Shown here: positions 58,617 to 64,000 of the stretch, in pieces | Numbering within the stretch: position 1 is the first letter of the stretch | How the letters are laid out: the number at the start of each line of letters is the position of its first letter | Assembly (NCBI GenBank): GCA_964247055.1 | Contig: OZ176050.1 | Coordinates: 7,750,001-7,814,000, forward strand | Origin: Paragordius varius | Lineage: Eukaryota > Animalia > Nematomorpha | DNA: 64,000 bases | Reading direction: 5' to 3' | The notes under the pieces: model-generated | Told to the model about the DNA's origin: nothing | The model's input: the letters and a program-made list of their open reading frames with translations, nothing else | Database searches by the model: none | Made by a program: the position numbers and the translations under genes

Positions 58617-59291
58617 TTACATTAAAACAATAAAAATTAAAATAATCATTAAAAGACGTGATTTCTTGTTAATGTGTCCGTTATTGCAAAAATCGGTACC
58701 ACAGCAAAATGTTTTCACAGGCACTAAAGATTTTACATGCATAAAATTTAATTTTACTCGGTTCACGCTTTTCATAACATAATGCACTGCAACCTTTGGC
58801 AATAATTCGTCTATTATTATGGGTATATATCGTTTTCTATAGATAAAAGTTAAAACATTATAATTCTGATTATTGGTAAATTAATTAGTATATAAATACA
58901 TTAATTAACATTTTTCCTATAGAATTAAAAATATTATCAGCAAATTTGTCAATTAGTTAATCAAAGCGAAAAAAAATGTGTTTAGGGCCTTAATTTAAAA
59001 ATGAGATATAATAAAATTTAAATTATTATTTTATATGATCTAAATTATAACTTTAATAAGCCACATTTTGGGGTCAAATATAAACTTATAAAACATATTA
59101 ATGATTAAACAATTATGACGCCATACCCGGCAATGGCCATTACATACTGCCTGCCCAATATTACTAGTCTTTATGTGTGGATCTGGACACGTAAATGGTT
59201 GAAATCTAGAATCGCTGTATTGCAAGATGTTTGGAAACGTACCACAAGCATAACATCTAACGCAATCAACTAAAAGTAACATAAATAGCAT
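58617..59291 (-). CDS. Ly6/uPAR (three-finger) GPI-anchored-type protein, ~116 aa, 3 exons
   Basis: Exons 59291-59127, 58836-58758, 58723-58617 (351 nt). The product has a hydrophobic N-terminus, RCYAC start, 10 Cys including the terminal CCGTDFCN motif, and a hydrophobic C-terminal tail (LLMIILIFIVLM). It needs a 34-nt intron (58724-58757). An additional upstream signal-peptide exon is possible. Confidence 0.8.
58724..58757 (-). other. 34-nt GT-AG intron in Ly6 gene
   Basis: Minus-strand gtaaaattaaattttatgcatgtaaaatctttag; removal links the KGCSALC frame with the CC..FCN frame. Confidence 0.75.
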
Positions 59292-59864
59292 GATATGTAT
59301 GAGTTAAATGTATAAAATTTATTGAAGGTAACATCATTTAAATATTTAAAATTTAGGTAATAAATGAGGTAAAGGATAAATATTTATTTACCTGATATAA
59401 TTTGGTGTTTTAAAGCAAGAAATATTATTGCAAAATAAATTTGAATTATAAACTTCATAATAAAATTAATATGAAAGAAATAAAAATATGATAAAAAATT
59501 ATCGGAAATACGCAACACTTTTATTTTAGGTATGGTATATCTAGTAATTAATAGGTAATTAACTATTAATTGAAAATAATTTGGTTAGTTACAAATAGGT
59601 TCATACAAAATCTTGAATGTAAATAGACTATATATTGTTTTTTCTATGCATATATCTGGTTTTAAATGTTATGCATCATATTATTTTGTCAGGTAAAAGG
59701 TCTAATTGTTTTGCCATATAAATTGTAGTCGATGGATAGTAGAAAGGTCAAGCCCGAACCCTAGGTTAAAACTGAAAATAGAACCAGGTTGATTATAAAA
59801 TGTGCAACCGGATTTCTTGTAAAATTATCTGAAATGAAATCGGAGTTGTTCTTAAAATGCTAAC

Positions 59865-59961
59865 CTCAAGTTGGTCCTTGAACACTTCAAGTTGGTCGTT
59901 AAACATTTCAAGTTGGTCCTTGAACACCTCAAGTTGGTCTTTGAACATTTCAAGTTGGTCC
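59865..59961. repeat. 21-bp tandem array, ~4.6 units (left arm of foldback-like element)
   Basis: Unit (c/t)tcaagttggtccttgaaca(c/t); internally palindromic TTCAAG-N6-CTTGAA. Confidence 0.9.
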
Positions 59962-60387
59962 TTTGATTTTTTTGTTTGTTTTTAACTTTTATCAATCAAA
60001 TGGTAAATCATTGATCTATTTTATCGTTTTTGACCTATTTTCAAATATTTAACATAAATTTTAAATCAATATCAACCTTTACATTGAGAAACCGGATATC
60101 TTTTTTTTTCTTAAAATTTGTTTGCACATTTATAAAATTTTAATACCTAATTAAAAAAATAAATTTTCTGGGTTATTATTTACAATTTTTAACTGAAAAC
60201 ATTTAAAAGTTAATAATTTTGATAAATTGGAAAAAAAATTATTATAAAACAAAAAAGTGGTTTTTAAATAAAATTTTTTATTTTTAAATGAATAAATATG
60301 TAATAATAGCGAAAATTAGGTTAAAAATTAATAAAATAAAAAAATACATGCAAAAATTATGGTTAAATCAAAATTTAATAATTTTAA

Positions 60388-60479
60388 GGACCAAATTGAA
60401 TTGTTCAAGAACCAACTTGAAATGTTAAAAGACCAACTTGAAGTGTTCAAGGACACTCTTGAAGTTCAAATGGTATATA
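60388..60479. repeat. 21-bp tandem array, inverted copy (right arm)
   Basis: gaccaacttgaa(a/g)tgttcaa units; ends gaagttcaaatggtatat, like 48880-48900. Confidence 0.85.
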
Positions 60480-61617
60480 AACTCATGATAAAGTAGTGGA
60501 ACGGAAACCAAAGTTTAAGAACAACAAATCCGAAACCGATATTTAAAAAGGCGATTTTCAGCCTGGTTTTTACGCTTTTGCGCAAAATACTATTAAGTTT
60601 TATCGCAAAAAAACAATCATTTTACTAATGATATTGTGGACTAAATCACAGCGACGCTTGGCCGGAAGGATAAATAATTATTTAATATTTTATTTGGATT
60701 TTTAAAAATTTGTAAATGTAGGTTAGAGTGTAAAAGAATGCATTTGTTTATCCCCATTACTTTTTTGGGGTAACATTATAGAGAATAAATTCTAATATCA
60801 AAAAAGTATTATTGGACCAAATTTAAAAACATGTTTTGTAGTTGAATGCAAAATTGTAAAATCTAATCCCAATTTTTTATTATATTTTAAGCGTTTTTTA
60901 AATATCGTTAATAGAACAGGCAAATAAATGCAACTTATTAATGTAGTTAATTGACTTTAGGGGGCTTTCAAATTGCATTTTAGCATTTTATAATATTTAT
61001 CGATTTAAACATCTAGTGTTAATTTTAATTAGGTTTTGCCATCCCATTTTCGGATAAATAGTATCGTCTAAGAAAAATAGAAGTGTATAAATTTTATTAA
61101 AAATATTCAAACCTATGAGTACTTAATTTTTTAATGGTCTTAGCTGTATTTTACTCTGAAAAATATTATAATAAAATAATTAGATTTTAATTATATATAC
61201 ACTGCGTCAGGCGGGTATAAAAAATATCCTTATGAAATATATGTATTCTGATAGGAAAAGTATCAGGATTATTATAGTGCTTTTGGTTTTGGCTCTTAAT
61301 AATTTGAGAAAATATCAATTTTTTAGTAACTACTTCATTCTACAAAACATTGACATATTTTATATATATTTTTTAGTGAAAGCTGGAGCTTTAGTCTAAA
61401 ATAATAAACTACAATAAAAAACAAAAGAATATTTTTAAAAGATTATAATTTTTAGATGTAGGTTTCGAATGTCCCAAATATTTTCGTTTGGGATAGGTCT
61501 ATTAAAATAAACGGAAAAGGCTGGGATCGCGAGAGAGAAATCTAAAATACATGGAATTTTGATATTAACTTATTTTTTTAGATAAATATTTATACTTTTT
61601 TTGGTATATAAATTTTC

Positions 61618-61963
61618 TAAATTTTGTTGAAGCGCACTTTATACTATTTAAGGCATGACGGAAACGGTATAAAAACGCTTTATCATATTATAAAAACACT
61701 TCCATATAATTCGATGATGCTGGACATTTCTATCATCTCAGAATGATGATTAAATTATTCCATAAATCTTCAAGATTATGTTAATTATAAATTGTGCTTT
61801 TCTATAGAAATTCACCAAAATTTTACAGCAAACCAACCGTTAAATTAAAATTCCGGAGCCATAAAAATGTTCAGCAATCATCAAATTTTATAATATTTAG
61901 AGCGTTTTTATACCGTTTTATCACGCCTCAAAATAGCATGAAGCACGCTTCAACAAAATTTTC
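61618..61963. repeat. Inverted repeat pair (probable MITE core)
   Basis: aaattttgttgaagcg...aaacggtataaaaacgct (61618-61700) vs agcgtttttataccgttt...cgcttcaacaaaattt (61875-61963). Confidence 0.65.
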
Positions 61964-62319
61964 CAAAAAATAATTTTGTTGCAAAAATTCATTTTTTAAA
62001 ACAATATTAATAAGTTTCTAACGCTCAATCTCGGCATTTATGCGTTAATTTAAAGAGAAATAGCCCGATATTTTTCATCAGGTTATTTTATTTTTGTGGA
62101 CACTGTGATATGAGTTCGGTATTTTTAACCTATAATAATCTTTATATTTTAAATGGTAATGAAGTAATAATAAGTATTAATAAGGGTTTTTATTCACTTC
62201 CCATAAATTATGTATTTGCAAATTAGTTTTTTGTAAAATTATAAAAAATTATCATAAATGTTCTGATTTTTTCCGTTATAATTATGATGTGTTTCACAAT
62301 TTTTTTCGCATGGTTATTT

Positions 62320-62899
62320 TTAACACTTCGATTCAAATTGAGGTATCTAAATACCCCAGACTAAATTAAAATTAAAATTTTAAAAAAACTACTGAAGGAA
62401 ACGGTCCCAATTTAAATTTATGCTTCTATCCTAATAAATATTATATAAATATGCCAAAATATCTTGATGAAATTTTGTTTTGAAAAAAAAAGTTCCATCT
62501 CCAACTACTTCGACGCCATTTTTATTTTACAACAATTTTGCAATATCGTCTTCATATAATTTTAAGGGTAAAACTAAAGCTTATTTTTTTTATAAATTAC
62601 ATTCAACATTGATAGAAACAGAAAAAGCGGTTTGTTTTGTATTATTTTTTAATTTTAAAATTTGACACATGTCACGTTGACTAAATTTTTACCTTAGCTA
62701 AAAATAAGTATTATCAAGTATTTTTGAATAAAATTTTTTATGTATTTCGGTTTATTTATGTTATATAAGTGCAAAATTTTGCCATGGTTTCGATTGCTCC
62801 CATACTTTTAAAATATTTGATTTTAAACAAGCCTGGGGTATCCAACTACCCCAAATCGAATCGAAGGACTAAAATGAGTGTCTTGTATCCAAGTGTTAA
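62320..62899 (-). mobile_element. T1 TTAA-MITE (full length), ~280 bp upstream of the G3BP ATG
   Basis: TTAA at 62320-62323 and 62896-62899; closely similar to 50566-51142. Confidence 0.9.
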
Positions 62900-63181
62900 T
62901 CGTGTGCGCCCTTTATAAAATTTTTGCGTCTAAGAAAATTTATTTCCACTTTGTTAACACACATTATAATTGCACTTAACTATTAATCTAATATTTTTGC
63001 ATAAGTTAGTAATATTTTATGTCAATTGTTTAAATTTATAATAAATATTTTTTTGCCACAGCATATTTTTTTATTTAGTTTTTAATTTATAAATATTCTA
63101 CATTGTCATTCTTATTTGCCTTGCGCCATCCAATTAATTTTTTTGATTCCGGTAGTCAATTATAAAAACAACATATTGAAA

Positions 63182-64000
63182 ATGGTGTCAGAAAATAAAA
63201 ATTTTGATGATTCAGATCAACAATTAGAGGATTATGAATTGCCTCATCCGCAAGTTGTTGGATCGGAATTTGTTCGTCAATATTATACCACCTTAAGCAC
63301 TGCACCAAATATTTTACATAGGTATTTTATTCATATAATTTAAGATTTTATACCAATAAATCATCTTTTGTTCACGGTGGTTTGAACAACACTGACGAAG
63401 AAGCTGCTGTCATTGGACAAAAAGTTATTTTCATTATAAATTTTAGGCCATAAAAGAGAGGATTGAGTTGCTTAAATTTAAAGATTGCAGGACGAAAATT
63501 AGAAAGGTAGATAGTCATGCAACACTTGCTAACGGAATAGTTATACAGGTATCTTTGATTATAAAAATCAGGTGTCTGGCGAGTTATCCAATAATGGTAA
63601 ACCGATGAGAAGATTTATGCAAACATTTGTTTTAGGCTACCAAAAGCCCCGAAAATATTTTGTTATTAATGACATCTTTTGTTACCAAGACGAAGTATTT
63701 GACGATACTGAAAGTATATTTTAATATTTTCACATGATGATAAACTTGCCCTCACTGATTATGATGAGTTTTTTGTCTGATATATCATTTTGCTTACATT
63801 ACAATTTACACATTTTTGTTATGATATAATAGGTAAACTTAACACTATAGCAATTTCACAAGGCGAAAGCGATTATCAAATACCATCACCTAACCCTTTA
63901 AGCGAAAAAAATAATTCTAACGAAGTTTTTGCTAAATTGACCAAATCACAAGTCGATAACAATACTCTCACACATAATTTAATGAACGGACACGCCGCTC
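63182..64000 (+). CDS. G3BP (rin): Ras-GAP SH3-binding protein G3BP/rasputin, 5' part (NTF2-like domain + start of acidic region); runs off the window
   Basis: Exons 63182-63321, 63345-63423, 63447-63548, 63572-63713, 63833-64000+. Spliced translation [35 protein letters not shown]...VIGQK/AIKERI...[42 protein letters not shown]...[15 protein letters not shown] matches the G3BP NTF2 domain (VGREFVRQYY...HRFY...HGG...KIRHVDAHATL..GVVVQV.G.LSN...[11 protein letters not shown]...NDIFRYQDEVF). Confidence 0.93.
63322..63344 (+). other. 23-nt GT-AG intron (G3BP intron 1)
   Basis: gtattttattcatataatttaag; contains an in-frame TAA; removal restores HR-FY. Confidence 0.9.
63424..63446 (+). other. 23-nt GT-AG intron (G3BP intron 2)
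   Basis: gttattttcattataaattttag; removal restores GQK-AIKERI in frame. Confidence 0.9.
63549..63571 (+). other. 23-nt GT-AG intron (G3BP intron 3)
   Basis: gtatctttgattataaaaatcag; removal restores [11 protein letters not shown]. Confidence 0.9.

Noticed and set aside
59865-59961. CRISPR-like array
   Set aside because: Units are contiguous with no unique spacers, the context is eukaryotic, and there are no cas genes.
63714-63733. Possible 20-nt GT-AC intron in G3BP
   Set aside because: A conventional 119-nt GT-AG intron (63714-63832) gives a clean in-frame join; no U12 signature.

Overview
Very AT-rich, intron-rich eukaryotic (metazoan) genomic DNA. It is probably a protostome, because the GPCR carries the sulfakinin-receptor-type TM6 motif LEFFLCWTP; the species cannot be determined from this window. 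Five spliced genes were reconstructed by hand, and each has phase-consistent GT-AG junctions: (1) a 30-exon brahma/SMARCA2/4 gene (+, 1175-16874); (2) a 9-exon lysyl-oxidase-like gene with 2 SRCR domains and a ~490-aa N-terminal extension (-, 25575-17475); (3) a 3-exon CCK/sulfakinin-type GPCR (-, 44452-33593); (4) a GPI-type Ly6/uPAR three-finger gene (-, 59291-58617); (5) the 5' part of G3BP/rasputin (+, 63182 to window end). The remaining space is largely DNA-transposon debris: hATs with 8-bp TSDs, Helitrons, TTAA-flanked MITEs, a CACTG/TTA long-TIR element, a mariner remnant and foldback-like 21-bp arrays, often nested. The most striking observation is a class of ultra-short spliceosomal introns: three consecutive 23-nt introns in G3BP, one of 22 nt in brahma and one of 34 nt in the Ly6 gene. 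They coexist with introns up to 7.9 kb. Single in-frame TAA codons in the brahma ATPase domain and upstream of GPCR TM1 also need checking.
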